Positions 10,140-22,067 of a DNA stretch of 64,000 bases are shown piece after piece. Source of the DNA: an uncultured Roseivirgaceae bacterium (GTDB taxonomy: Bacteria; Bacteroidota; Bacteroidia; Cytophagales; Cyclobacteriaceae); contig CAZQJU010000005.1 in NCBI GenBank assembly GCA_964593185.1, forward strand, positions 2,180 to 66,179, written 5' to 3'. The translations under genes and the position numbers were made by a program. Under the pieces are notes generated by a model. It saw nothing but the letters and a program-made list of their open reading frames with translations, did not search any database and had not been told where the DNA came from. Numbering within the stretch: the first letter of the stretch is position 1; every line of letters begins with the position of its first letter.

Positions 10140-11342
10140 ATGCTCAGCCAAAGACAACTCTTCCTTTCTCATCTTGCCCAGACATCACCTTCCCCGCTTA
10201 TGCTGGAGATTGCGTCTGCGGAAGGAATCTACCTAACTGACGTTAAGGGAAAAAAATACATCGACCTCATTTCAGGAATTGGCGTGTCCAACGTGGGACA
10301 CAGACATCCGAATGTAATCACCGCGATCAAAGATCAGGTAGACCGCCACCTGCACACTATGGTTTATGGAGAGTTTGTCCAAAATCCACAAGTACGTTTA
10401 GCAAAAGCCCTAACTGAAACACTTCCAGAGGAATTGGATTCTGTGTATTTAGTGAACTCCGGTAGTGAAGCCATTGAAGGGGCTATGAAACTCGCAAAGC
10501 GGTTTACCGGAAGATCCGAACTTATAGCCTGCCACAATGCGTACCATGGATCGTCGCACGGTGCACTATCGCTCTCGGGGAGCGATGAATTTACCCAAAA
10601 CTACAGACCGCTACTGCCTGGCGTAGGTCATATTAGATTCGGCAATGTTGATGATTTGGAATCTATCACAGAAAAAACAGCGGCTTTTATCGTTGAGACC
10701 GTGCAGGGCGAAGCGGGTGTTTCAATAGCTTCCTTAAGTTATTGGGAAAAGGTTAGGAAAAAATGCAATGAAACAGGCACAATGCTCATTTTGGACGAGA
10801 TCCAATGTGGCTTTGGAAGAACCGGTAAATTATGGGCCTTTGAGCATTATGGAATTATTCCTGATGTAATCGTGAGTGCAAAAGGCTTGGGTGGTGGAAT
10901 GCCAATAGGATGCTTTATTGCCAATCGTGAAACAATGAATGTTTTTACGGAAAACCCTGTGCTAGGTCATATTACCACATTTGGAGGCCATCCTGTCTCA
11001 GCAGCTGCCTCACTGGCTACCCTCCAAACAATTCATGAAGAGCAGCTTTTAGAAGGAATAGAAGAAAAACAGAAACGCTTTCACGACCTACTTGTACACC
11101 CGTCCATCAAACAGATACGGAGCAAAGGCCTTATGATCGCAGTCGAATTTGAATCCTACGAAGTTCTTAAGCCGATCATTGATAGGGCCATCGACTTTGG
11201 CATTATTACAGATTGGTTTCTTTTCAACGATAGATCCATGCGCATCGCACCACCTCTTACCATCACGCTAAACGAAATAACAGAAGCTTGTGAACGAATA
11301 TTGGAGGCGATTGATCAGGTGGAGGTGCTGGATAAATCATAG
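10140..11342 (+). CDS. Class III PLP-dependent aminotransferase (acetylornithine aminotransferase-like)
   Basis: 'NSGSEAIE', 'YHGS', 'ILDEIQCGFGRTG', PLP lysine in 'SAKGLGGG', 'TTFGGHP'. Confidence 0.9.
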   Translation: MLSQRQLFLSHLAQTSPSPLMLEIASAEGIYLTDVKGKKYIDLISGIGVSNVGHRHPNVITAIKDQVDRHLHTMVYGEFVQNPQVRLAKALTETLPEELDSVYLVNSGSEAIEGAMKLAKRFTGRSELIACHNAYHGSSHGALSLSGSDEFTQNYRPLLPGVGHIRFGNVDDLESITEKTAAFIVETVQGEAGVSIASLSYWEKVRKKCNETGTMLILDEIQCGFGRTGKLWAFEHYGIIPDVIVSAKGLGGGMPIGCFIANRETMNVFTENPVLGHITTFGGHPVSAAASLATLQTIHEEQLLEGIEEKQKRFHDLLVHPSIKQIRSKGLMIAVEFESYEVLKPIIDRAIDFGIITDWFLFNDRSMRIAPPLTITLNEITEACERILEAIDQVEVLDKS

Positions 11343-11392
11343 CCCTATTTTAGGAATCAGTTATTTTACGTCCGCATAATTAGACAGGACAG

Positions 11393-12205
11393 ATGATTGA
11401 AAAAGTAAACGAAGCAGTAAAATTTTTAGAGGATAAAGGTTTCGACGCACCAGAGGTTGGGATCATCCTTGGTACAGGCCTTGGTGCATTAGTGGAAGAA
11501 ATTCAAGTTGAGAAAGAACTTGTTTATTCCAACATTCCACATTTTCCAATTGCCACTGTAGAATTTCATCGAGGGAAATTGCTGTATGGTACTCTGGAGG
11601 GGAAAAAAGTGGTTGCGATGCAAGGTCGATTTCACTACTATGAGGGTCATAGCATGGGACAAGTTGTGTTTCCCGTTCGGGTAATGCACGGACTCGGCAT
11701 CAAAAAGTTAATTGTCTCCAATGCCGCGGGTGCCATGAATCTTAACTGGAAAAAAGGTGAGCTAATGTTGGCAGACGATCATATCAACCTACAACCTGAA
11801 AATCCACTTCGCGGACATGAGGCAGCTGCCTTTGGTCAAATATTTACCGACATGAGCCAACCTTATGATCAAGAGATGAACCAAGCACTAAAGCACATTG
11901 CCTCCGAAAATGGCATTGCCTTGCACGAAGGAGTATATGCATCCGTCCCCGGACCAAACCTTGAAACCAGAGCCGAGTATCGATATCTGCGAATGATCGG
12001 AGCGGATGTCGTAGGAATGAGTACCGTACCTGAAGTACTAGCAGCAAATCAAATGAGTTTGCCGGTTTCTTCTATCTCTGTCTTGACGGATGAATGTGAC
12101 CCCGACAATCTTGCTCCCATCAACATTGAAGAAATCATTGCAATAGCTAAGGAAGCAGAGAAACTGCTGGTGGTCTTGATCAAAGGACTGTTGACGTCGC
12201 TTTAG
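11393..12205 (+). CDS. punA: Purine nucleoside phosphorylase (trimeric PNP-I type)
   Basis: 'IILGTGLG', 'QGRFHYYEG', 'SNAAG', 'GPNLETRAE', 'VGMSTVPE'. Confidence 0.92.
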   Translation: MIEKVNEAVKFLEDKGFDAPEVGIILGTGLGALVEEIQVEKELVYSNIPHFPIATVEFHRGKLLYGTLEGKKVVAMQGRFHYYEGHSMGQVVFPVRVMHGLGIKKLIVSNAAGAMNLNWKKGELMLADDHINLQPENPLRGHEAAAFGQIFTDMSQPYDQEMNQALKHIASENGIALHEGVYASVPGPNLETRAEYRYLRMIGADVVGMSTVPEVLAANQMSLPVSSISVLTDECDPDNLAPINIEEIIAIAKEAEKLLVVLIKGLLTSL

Positions 12206-12252
12206 TGGCTACGATTTTCAAACCTATTTTTCAATTGCGCTTTCCAATTAGC

Positions 12253-13449
12253 CTATTTAAAGGCTTGAAGCCCTGTGATTTCAGCACCTAAGATAAGAAG
12301 ATGGATATCGTGTGTTCCTTCATAAGTGACCACAGACTCTAAATTCATCATGTGGCGCATCATCGGATACTCACCGGTAATGCCCATTCCGCCGTGAATT
12401 TGTCTCGTTTCACGAGCAACATTCAACGCCACTTCCACGCTATTTCGCTTGGCCATGGAAATCTGAGCTGTTGTTGCCGTGCCTTCATCCATCATCTTTC
12501 CTAATTTCCAGTTTAGTAGCTGTCCTTTGGTGATTTCCGTGAGCATCTCTGCCAATTTCTTTTGCACGAGTTGAAAACCTCCAATCGGCTTTCCAAACTG
12601 ATTCCGTTCAAGTGCGTATCGCTTAGCCGCATCGTAACAGTCCATAGCTGCACCTAGCGCCCCCCAAGCAATACCATATCTTGCTTTATCGAGGCAGCCT
12701 AAGGGAGCGCCTAAACCACTTTTGTCAGGCAGAAGATTCTCCTTAGGAACTTTTACATCGCTGAAAACCAACTCACCGGTGCAAGAAGCTCTCAAAGACC
12801 ATTTTCCGTGGGTTTCCGGAGTGGAAAAGCCTTCCATCCCGCGCTCCACAATCAACCCATGAATCCTACCCTCTTCGTTCTTAGCCCAAACTACCGCCAC
12901 ATCAGCTTGTGGGGCGTTCGATATCCACATCTTGGCACCATTGAGCAAATAATGGTCTCCCATGTCCTTAAAATGCGTCTCCATGCCACCAGGGTTAGAG
13001 CCATGGTTTGGCTCGGTCAAACCGAAGCATCCAAGCATCTCACCGGAAGCCAGCTTAGGAAGATATTTACGTCGCTGTTCTTCCGATCCATATGCGTAAA
13101 TCGGATACATTACCAACGATCCTTGCACAGAAGCTGTCGACCTCATGCCTGAGTCTCCGCGCTCTATTTCTTGCATGATGAGACCATAAGAAATATAGTC
13201 CAAACCGCCACCTCCATACGATTCAGGAACGGTAGGACCAAAAGCTCCTATCGCACCAAATTTGGGCACAATTTCATTCGGAAAATGATTCTCTTCAGCC
13301 CAACCTTCAATGAAAGGCGTTATTTCCTTCTTAACAAAGTCTCGGACAGAAGATCGTATTAACTTATGTTCCGCTGTAAGTAGGTCATCAAGGGAATAGA
13401 AATCAGGGGATTCAAATTCGTCAATAAAGTTTCTTTTGTTCGCACTCAT
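12253..13449 (-). CDS. gcdH: Acyl-CoA dehydrogenase, probably glutaryl-CoA dehydrogenase
   Basis: 'EIERGDSGMRS..SVQGSLVMYPI', 'CFGLTEPNHGSNPG', 'NLESVVTYEGTHDIH' match the glutaryl-CoA dehydrogenase subfamily. Confidence 0.85.
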   Translation of the reverse strand: MSANKRNFIDEFESPDFYSLDDLLTAEHKLIRSSVRDFVKKEITPFIEGWAEENHFPNEIVPKFGAIGAFGPTVPESYGGGGLDYISYGLIMQEIERGDSGMRSTASVQGSLVMYPIYAYGSEEQRRKYLPKLASGEMLGCFGLTEPNHGSNPGGMETHFKDMGDHYLLNGAKMWISNAPQADVAVVWAKNEEGRIHGLIVERGMEGFSTPETHGKWSLRASCTGELVFSDVKVPKENLLPDKSGLGAPLGCLDKARYGIAWGALGAAMDCYDAAKRYALERNQFGKPIGGFQLVQKKLAEMLTEITKGQLLNWKLGKMMDEGTATTAQISMAKRNSVEVALNVARETRQIHGGMGITGEYPMMRHMMNLESVVTYEGTHDIHLLILGAEITGLQAFK

Positions 13450-13512
13450 CGGTCGCTTTTGGGGTTGTTGTTAAAATTTTGCCTCAAATTTACATCGTTA
13501 TAACGTCAGGGA

Positions 13513-14472
13513 ATGAAAGAAAAAGAAATAGATCAGAACATACTGGAGCAACTCAAAAAATTAGATGAAAAGTATGATGTCATGGGGCAAGATCTATCCA
13601 GTTACCTTGATGGATTACTTCATGCGGATTACCTCACATATTGGGATTATATCAACCTTGATACCTTGCTCAGCCTTCAAACGCCGCGGACTGCTTTTCC
13701 GGATGAGAAAATCTTCATTCTTTATCATCAAGTCACTGAGTTGTACTTTCGAATGATACTCAACGAGGTAGAGCAGGCCATATTCACCGACCCCATTGAT
13801 GAATCAATATTCTTGAAAAGGCTGAGAAGAATCAACAGGTACTTCGATCACCTCATCGATTCATTTGATGTCATGACGGATGGGATGGATCAAGAGCAGT
13901 TTTTGGCCTTTCGAATGGCACTTTTACCAGCCAGTGGCTTTCAATCAGGTCAGTATCGACAAATTGAGATTTACGCCACAGATTTTCACCATCTAGTACA
14001 TCATTTATCCAGAGATTCATTTAACAGGGAATCGAACGTCAAGGACCTGTACGAGGCACTTTATTGGAAATCCGGCGCGACAGAACTGGCAACTGGCAAA
14101 AAGACACTTACGCTTCGGCAATTCGAAGCTAAATACGCAAATGAGTTCATTTCACTGGCGGAGAAGGTAAAAGATATCAACCTACTTCAGAAGTACAAGC
14201 AGCACTATGCCAATCATCAAGGAATTGTTAGCGAACTGAAAAAGTTTGATCAAAAAGCCAATGTTGACTGGCCTTTGCAGCACCTCAAATCAGCAACTCG
14301 CTATCTGCAAAGAGATCCGAATGTCATTAAGGCCTCCGGGGGGACGAATTGGCAAAAGTACCTTCCGCCACGTGCTCAAAAGGTCATATTCTATCCAGAA
14401 TTATGGTCAAGCGAGGAGTTGGCAGAATGGGGACATAAATTCAAGAGAGCTTTTGAACGTGAAGATGCTTAG
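13513..14472 (+). CDS. kynA: Tryptophan 2,3-dioxygenase
   Basis: 'YWDYINLDTLLSLQ', 'DEKIFILYHQVTELYF', 'ASGFQSGQYR', 'SGGT' TDO motifs. Confidence 0.88.
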   Translation: MKEKEIDQNILEQLKKLDEKYDVMGQDLSSYLDGLLHADYLTYWDYINLDTLLSLQTPRTAFPDEKIFILYHQVTELYFRMILNEVEQAIFTDPIDESIFLKRLRRINRYFDHLIDSFDVMTDGMDQEQFLAFRMALLPASGFQSGQYRQIEIYATDFHHLVHHLSRDSFNRESNVKDLYEALYWKSGATELATGKKTLTLRQFEAKYANEFISLAEKVKDINLLQKYKQHYANHQGIVSELKKFDQKANVDWPLQHLKSATRYLQRDPNVIKASGGTNWQKYLPPRAQKVIFYPELWSSEELAEWGHKFKRAFEREDA

Positions 14473-16315
14473 GAATGTATTGCAAATACTTTTGCTTCTA
14501 GGCTCCGTTTCCGCACTCGGTCAGATCAAACAATTCAAATATTATTATGACGGAGATAGTACGCGGATAAAAGAGATATTTCATTTTTCATTGAAAGACT
14601 CCACACTTACCGACTCGTATGAATCTTTCTACCTGAATGGATCACTTCAAACGTATGGGTGGTATCTCAAAAATGAACCCGATAGTGTCTGGAAGTATTA
14701 CTACGAAAACGGTCGTCCGAAGGCAGAGGGGCGGTACAAAGTAGGTGTAGCAAATGGAAAATGGAAGTACTTCTATGAAAATGGAAACATCAAATCTGAA
14801 GGTATTTTGCGTGGATCTGAAAAGGAAGGCTACTGGTCTTTTCACTATGAAAATGGGGGTGAAAAAAGCAATGGTAATTTCTTCGGGAATCAAAAAAGTG
14901 GCATTTGGAATTACTTCTATGAAGACGGTTCCATCAAGGCTCAATCTTACCTGGAAAATGGAAAGGGCAGGTATACAGAGTTCTATCCATCAGGAAAGCG
15001 ACGAATGGAAGGATTTAATGAAAATGACAAGAGCATTGGGGAATGGAACTACTATTTTGAATCTGGGGAGATCGAAGCCTCAGGGCGCTTTGAAAACGGA
15101 CTAAAAACCGGTGTTTGGACCTATTATCACAAAAACGGACTGACTGCCGCAAGTGGTAAGTATGAGAATGGCCTTAGGATAGGTGATTGGATTTACTACC
15201 ATGACAATGGAAAGATTAGCCAAGAAGGAACGCTTGTTGCAGATCAAAAAGATGGCTACTGGAAGCTATTTTATCCAACGGGCGAGGTACTCGGTGAGGC
15301 AGAGTTCAATTCAGGAAGTGGTGTCTTCAGTGAGTATTATCCTAGTGGCAGCAGGAAATCCAAAGGGAAAATTTTGAATGGCAATAAGACGGGTTTGTGG
15401 AGCTACTACAATGAAAATGGCTTATTGGAAGGTGAGGCAGAATTTCTGGATGGTGAAGGAGACTACACTGGATACTACCAAGATCGCACCATTAAGATGA
15501 AAGGAAAGCTCAAGGATGACAAACGAGTTGGTGAATGGGTATTGTACAATGAAGATGGATCCAAGGCTGGCACCTACCATCCTATCTATGAAGATGAAAA
15601 ACCGATATTTAAGACCAGAATTTCAAGAGATGACACGGAGAAGACCGATTTCAATACGCCTGAATATCGCTTTAAACGAAGAGGTTTTAAGTATTTCGAA
15701 CCCACGATCAACGAATACAAAGGCCTAATCATCGGCTCGAATCCCGGATGGCTTTTTGTAAATGAGCTACCCATCGCCATTGAGTATTACATTCAAGAAA
15801 GATTGGGACATGAAGTACAGGTTGATCTAATTCGCGATCCCTTTTTTACCGCCGACAATCAGATCGACGATTACCAAGTTTATCTACGCGGATCAACTAT
15901 CCACCTAAGACAAAAATTCTACAATTCGGACGGACCCAATGGAATGTTTTACTTTGGTCATGAAGTGTCCGTACGTTACTTAGACCATCGCGTAAATCAT
16001 TTGGATACTGCCATTGCAACGCAGGCAGCACGAAGATTTGGAAATATGACCGAGAATGGAGTTGGCTATGGCGTTTTTATCGGTAACCGATGGATGAAAG
16101 ATGCCGGAAACTCCGGGTGGACGGTTGACATTTTCTTCGGAGTGGGCATTCAAGCGCGTACCTACAACAAAAAGTATTTGAATGGTCCTGCTCGGGAAGT
16201 ACAGATTTTTGACAACTATTTTCAACGGGAAATCAACGACCGCATTTCGTTTCCCATCCAAATCGGTCTGAATATTGGCTTTGTGAGCCCAAAAAGTAAA
16301 AGCAAAACACAATGA
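14465..16315 (+). CDS. Exported MORN-variant repeat protein with C-terminal beta-barrel-like domain
   Basis: Signal peptide MLRNVLQILLLLGSVSALG; about 15 'W.YY.ENG..K.EG' repeats; C-terminal amphipathic beta strands. Start moved to ATG 14465. Confidence 0.8.
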   Translation: MLRNVLQILLLLGSVSALGQIKQFKYYYDGDSTRIKEIFHFSLKDSTLTDSYESFYLNGSLQTYGWYLKNEPDSVWKYYYENGRPKAEGRYKVGVANGKWKYFYENGNIKSEGILRGSEKEGYWSFHYENGGEKSNGNFFGNQKSGIWNYFYEDGSIKAQSYLENGKGRYTEFYPSGKRRMEGFNENDKSIGEWNYYFESGEIEASGRFENGLKTGVWTYYHKNGLTAASGKYENGLRIGDWIYYHDNGKISQEGTLVADQKDGYWKLFYPTGEVLGEAEFNSGSGVFSEYYPSGSRKSKGKILNGNKTGLWSYYNENGLLEGEAEFLDGEGDYTGYYQDRTIKMKGKLKDDKRVGEWVLYNEDGSKAGTYHPIYEDEKPIFKTRISRDDTEKTDFNTPEYRFKRRGFKYFEPTINEYKGLIIGSNPGWLFVNELPIAIEYYIQERLGHEVQVDLIRDPFFTADNQIDDYQVYLRGSTIHLRQKFYNSDGPNGMFYFGHEVSVRYLDHRVNHLDTAIATQAARRFGNMTENGVGYGVFIGNRWMKDAGNSGWTVDIFFGVGIQARTYNKKYLNGPAREVQIFDNYFQREINDRISFPIQIGLNIGFVSPKSKSKTQ

Positions 16316-16680
16316 GTAAAAAAACAGCCATCATTGGAGCTTCTGAAAATCCAAATAGCTACGCTTTTCTCGCAGCCATGAATCTCAAGTCCAAATCGCA
16401 TGACATCATTCCACTCAGCATACACGAAGGCGAAGTGGCGAACATCAAGTTTCAAAACTTGCGAGTAAAACCTGAAATAGCCGATATCGATACCGTGACC
16501 ATGTACCTCAATCCAAGTAACCAGGCGGAATGGGAAAACTATATATTATCGCTCAAACCCAACCGAATCATATTCAATCCAGGTGCCGAAAATGCCCCTT
16601 TTGCCAATAAAGCGATGAAGCAGGGGATCGAAACACTGAACGCATGCACGCTCGTACTGCTACAAACAAATCAGTTTTAG
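16312..16680 (+). CDS. CoA-binding protein (YccU-like)
   Basis: 'IIGASENP', 'DTVTMYL', 'IFNPGAEN', 'CTLV'; ATGA overlap with the upstream gene. Confidence 0.88.
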   Translation: MSKKTAIIGASENPNSYAFLAAMNLKSKSHDIIPLSIHEGEVANIKFQNLRVKPEIADIDTVTMYLNPSNQAEWENYILSLKPNRIIFNPGAENAPFANKAMKQGIETLNACTLVLLQTNQF

Positions 16681-16785
16681 CACTTAAGTGTGACGTTTGA
16701 CCAACGGCTACTTCACCCCCAAAATCCTCTGGTTGTGAGGCCGGAAATGGTGGCAAAAAAGGACTCATATTACCTCAATATTATG

Positions 16786-16793
16786 TACCTTTG
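16786..16793 (+). promoter_or_regulatory. Bacteroidota -7 promoter box for gyrB
   Basis: TACCTTTG is an exact TAnnTTTG match, about 100 nt upstream of the gyrB ATG. Confidence 0.6.
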
Positions 16794-16892
16794 TTTGATT
16801 ATAATCAACCGCAAAAAAGACGAGTGAGAGCAGCTAACTATTTATTAGAAAAATCAATCCCAGCTCTCAATTTCAGTTGACAATCATTCTAA

Positions 16893-18988
<2,096 letters not shown>

Positions 18989-19086
18989 GACTTCAGGTTG
19001 GGGTTTTTGGGTTATGATTAATGTTAAAACTTAAGATACACTATAAACTGAAATCCCGACACATTTGTTTTAGATATATTCTTAAT

Positions 19087-20916
19087 ATGAAATATAATTT
19101 TATCAAGATATCGCAAGTTGCAATAATATTCTTCTATTCTATAACTGTGGGCTTCTCACAGAACTACTGGCAACAGCAGGTTGATTACAAAATGTCAATT
19201 GATTTTGATGTTGAAGCAAATCAATTCACGGGAACCCAAGAATTAAAATACCTAAATCAAAGTCCCGATACGCTCTATAAGGTATTCTACCATCTCTATT
19301 TTAATGCATTCCAGCCTGGAAGTATGATGGATGTTCGAAGTAGAACCATTGAAGATCCTGACAGAAGAGTACTTGATCGAATCTCGAAATTGGATGATTC
19401 TCAGACAGGTTACCATACCATTAACTCGTTAACACAAAACGGTTCAGACCTTGAATACATTGTTGAAGGTACGGTCGTGGAAGTAACTCTAAATCAACCT
19501 ATTCTGCCCGGTGGATCTGCTACATTCAACATGGATTTTCAAAGTCAGGTTCCGGTTCAGATCAGACGAACTGGTAGAGACAACAAGGAAGGAATCAGAT
19601 ACAGTATGTCACAATGGTATCCTAAGATGGCGGAGTACGATTACCGTGGGTGGCATGCACACCCCTACATTGGCCGAGAGTTCTATGCACCATTTGGCAC
19701 TTTTGAAGTGAACATCACCATTGATAAGAAGTATGTTGTTGCCGCTACGGGTACCTTGCAAAACCCCAATGAGATTGGATATGGATACGAAGACGAAGGA
19801 GTTAAAGTAAAGCAGTCGGGCAAGACAAATACCTGGCAATTTAAAGCAGCTAACGTGCATGACTTTGTGTGGGCAGCAGACCCCGACTACGAGCATGTAG
19901 TCGTGAAAAGTGAACGCGGCCCCGACCTACACTTCTTCTATCAACCAGGTGCCAGTACCTCTGCCTGGGAAGATCTGATCAAAATAACGCCTCGTGCATT
20001 TGACTACATGCAGGACAACTTTGGAGAATATCCTTACAGTCATTATTCCATTATCCAGGGAGGTGATGGTGGAATGGAGTATCCAATGGCTACGCTCATC
20101 AATGGTGAGCAAGGTTTGGGTGGTCTCTTAAGTGTCACCGTCCACGAAGGATTCCATTCCTGGTATCAAGGAGTTTTAGGTTTCAATGAGAGTTACTATG
20201 AATGGATGGACGAAGGTTTCACTTCCTACGCGCAGGATAGAACACTGGCATTTTTACGTGGTCAGGAAGGGTATGGTCAAAAGGGAAATTACGCAGCCTA
20301 TATTCGTTTGACCCAAAGCGGTAAAGAAGAACCTTTAAGCACTCACGCAGATCATTACACAACTAATTTCGCGTATTCAAGAGCGGCTTATACAAAAGGT
20401 GCCGTGGCAATTTCACAAATGAATTACCTGGTGGGTGAACAAACTACATTAGCTGCGCAAAAGAAGTTTTATAATCAATGGAAATTCAAGCATCCAACTC
20501 CAAATGATTGGATTCGCGTATTTGAAAGGGAATCTGGGCTGGAATTGGACTGGTACCTTGACTACTGGGTGAACACAACCCACACCATAGACTATGCCAT
20601 CACTGAGGTGAAATCTGACGAGTCAAAGACCTTGGTTTCCTTAGAAAGGAAAGAGGAGATGCCAATGCCCATGGATATTACCGTTACCCTAAAGGAAGGA
20701 ACGAAAAAGCACTATTACATTCCACTTACTCTGATGCGGGGCGAAAAGGCGAACGATAGCGCATTGGAGAGAGCGGTACTTCCTGATTGGCCTTGGACGA
20801 ACCGTATGTATGAATTTGAGATAGATCTCCCCATGGAAGAGATCGCCAAAATCGAGATTGATGAATCCGGATTTTTAGCGGATGTCGATCGAGACAATAA
20901 CGTTTGGGAAAACTAA
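19087..20916 (+). CDS. M1 family Zn aminopeptidase, exported
   Basis: 'GGMEY' and 'HEGFH' followed by 'WMDEG' (HEXXH-x18-E); signal peptide ending GFSQ. Start moved to ATG 19087. Confidence 0.92.
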   Translation: MKYNFIKISQVAIIFFYSITVGFSQNYWQQQVDYKMSIDFDVEANQFTGTQELKYLNQSPDTLYKVFYHLYFNAFQPGSMMDVRSRTIEDPDRRVLDRISKLDDSQTGYHTINSLTQNGSDLEYIVEGTVVEVTLNQPILPGGSATFNMDFQSQVPVQIRRTGRDNKEGIRYSMSQWYPKMAEYDYRGWHAHPYIGREFYAPFGTFEVNITIDKKYVVAATGTLQNPNEIGYGYEDEGVKVKQSGKTNTWQFKAANVHDFVWAADPDYEHVVVKSERGPDLHFFYQPGASTSAWEDLIKITPRAFDYMQDNFGEYPYSHYSIIQGGDGGMEYPMATLINGEQGLGGLLSVTVHEGFHSWYQGVLGFNESYYEWMDEGFTSYAQDRTLAFLRGQEGYGQKGNYAAYIRLTQSGKEEPLSTHADHYTTNFAYSRAAYTKGAVAISQMNYLVGEQTTLAAQKKFYNQWKFKHPTPNDWIRVFERESGLELDWYLDYWVNTTHTIDYAITEVKSDESKTLVSLERKEEMPMPMDITVTLKEGTKKHYYIPLTLMRGEKANDSALERAVLPDWPWTNRMYEFEIDLPMEEIAKIEIDESGFLADVDRDNNVWEN

Positions 20917-20924
20917 AACAAGGG

Positions 20925-21986
20925 TTACTTAGTCACTTTCCCATTGATGTTGATTACCTGGGTTGGACGCACAGGATCATTCGAATGTACGGTAATGGAC
21001 TTGTACTGATTGCCTCGCATTTCTGTAGTGTCAAAAACAATACGTAATTCTAGGCTTTTCCCCTTCTTTATTCGTCTACTTTTAATATCATAACTGAGGC
21101 AATCGCAATTTGCTTTTATTGCTCTCAAGGTCAGATGTTCCTTTCCGACATTGTTTAATGTAATTACTTCTTCCACGAGCGTACCTTGATCCACAGTGCC
21201 GAAATCATAGGTGCTTTGACCAATTTCCAACCTGGGCGCTTTATCCAATTCCTCCGGAGTCATTTCGGGAAAAAACTCCTCAATAATGGCCATTACGGAA
21301 AGTGAATTCTGAGCAGCAGAGTCTAAAACAATGTTATCATTTACAAACCCATAGTCATTTTTCAAAATCGGGTCATAACGAACAGAAAGCTTCCCGATTT
21401 CCTTGGCACCTAATGTCTCACTGGCAAGTGTGACACTGATGTGATCAGGGGTAATAACAAAAGCCGAATCAAGTCTCAAAGCAGAGTCAGTAGGATTGTA
21501 TATGGCAAATGATTTTTCAACCGGCTTCTCCGTAGAAATTTTACCCATATTCAAAACTTCGTACTTCAGCCTAAAATTTCCCGAAGCCACCGGATACTCA
21601 GCTTCCGGATTCTTAGGCTTTGGCTTGACGATCCCCATGATATACAACGTCTGATTAGAGGACGCATCCGTGGTGGTAATCCGCAAGGATTTTCTAAACC
21701 TTCCCGGTCTGTTCCGAGCATTGTATCGTGCTTTGACCATTCCCGAATCTCCCGGAAGCACCTCCTCCTTGGTCCAGCCCGGTGTGGTGCATCCGCAAGA
21801 AGCTTTCACCTGGGTAATCGTAACTGGAACATCACTTGTATTTACAAAATTGAAGGTGTGCTCGGCAAACCCATCTTCCTCTTTTATTTCCCCGAAGTCG
21901 TGATCCACTACATCAAATTTGAGCTTGGATTGACCATAGCTTTGAGACATAATGAGTAAGCCAATTAGGCACAATAAATTCTTCAT
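20925..21986 (-). CDS. DUF1573 (Ig-like) multi-domain exported protein
   Basis: 'HDFGEI', 'ASCGCT', second 'YDFGTV...ANCDC'; signal peptide. Confidence 0.85.
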   Translation of the reverse strand: MKNLLCLIGLLIMSQSYGQSKLKFDVVDHDFGEIKEEDGFAEHTFNFVNTSDVPVTITQVKASCGCTTPGWTKEEVLPGDSGMVKARYNARNRPGRFRKSLRITTTDASSNQTLYIMGIVKPKPKNPEAEYPVASGNFRLKYEVLNMGKISTEKPVEKSFAIYNPTDSALRLDSAFVITPDHISVTLASETLGAKEIGKLSVRYDPILKNDYGFVNDNIVLDSAAQNSLSVMAIIEEFFPEMTPEELDKAPRLEIGQSTYDFGTVDQGTLVEEVITLNNVGKEHLTLRAIKANCDCLSYDIKSRRIKKGKSLELRIVFDTTEMRGNQYKSITVHSNDPVRPTQVININGKVTK

Positions 21987-22067
21987 TTTAAATCTTTACA
22001 CAGTTATCAAAATCTACACGAATTACAAAGATTCAAATTATATAGGTTTGCACAAATTTTTTATCAA

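Noticed and set aside
14465-15560. YwqK-type antitoxin / toxin-antitoxin interpretation of the MORN repeats
   Set aside because: No adjacent toxin gene; the protein is exported and much larger. The repeats are a generic structural motif.
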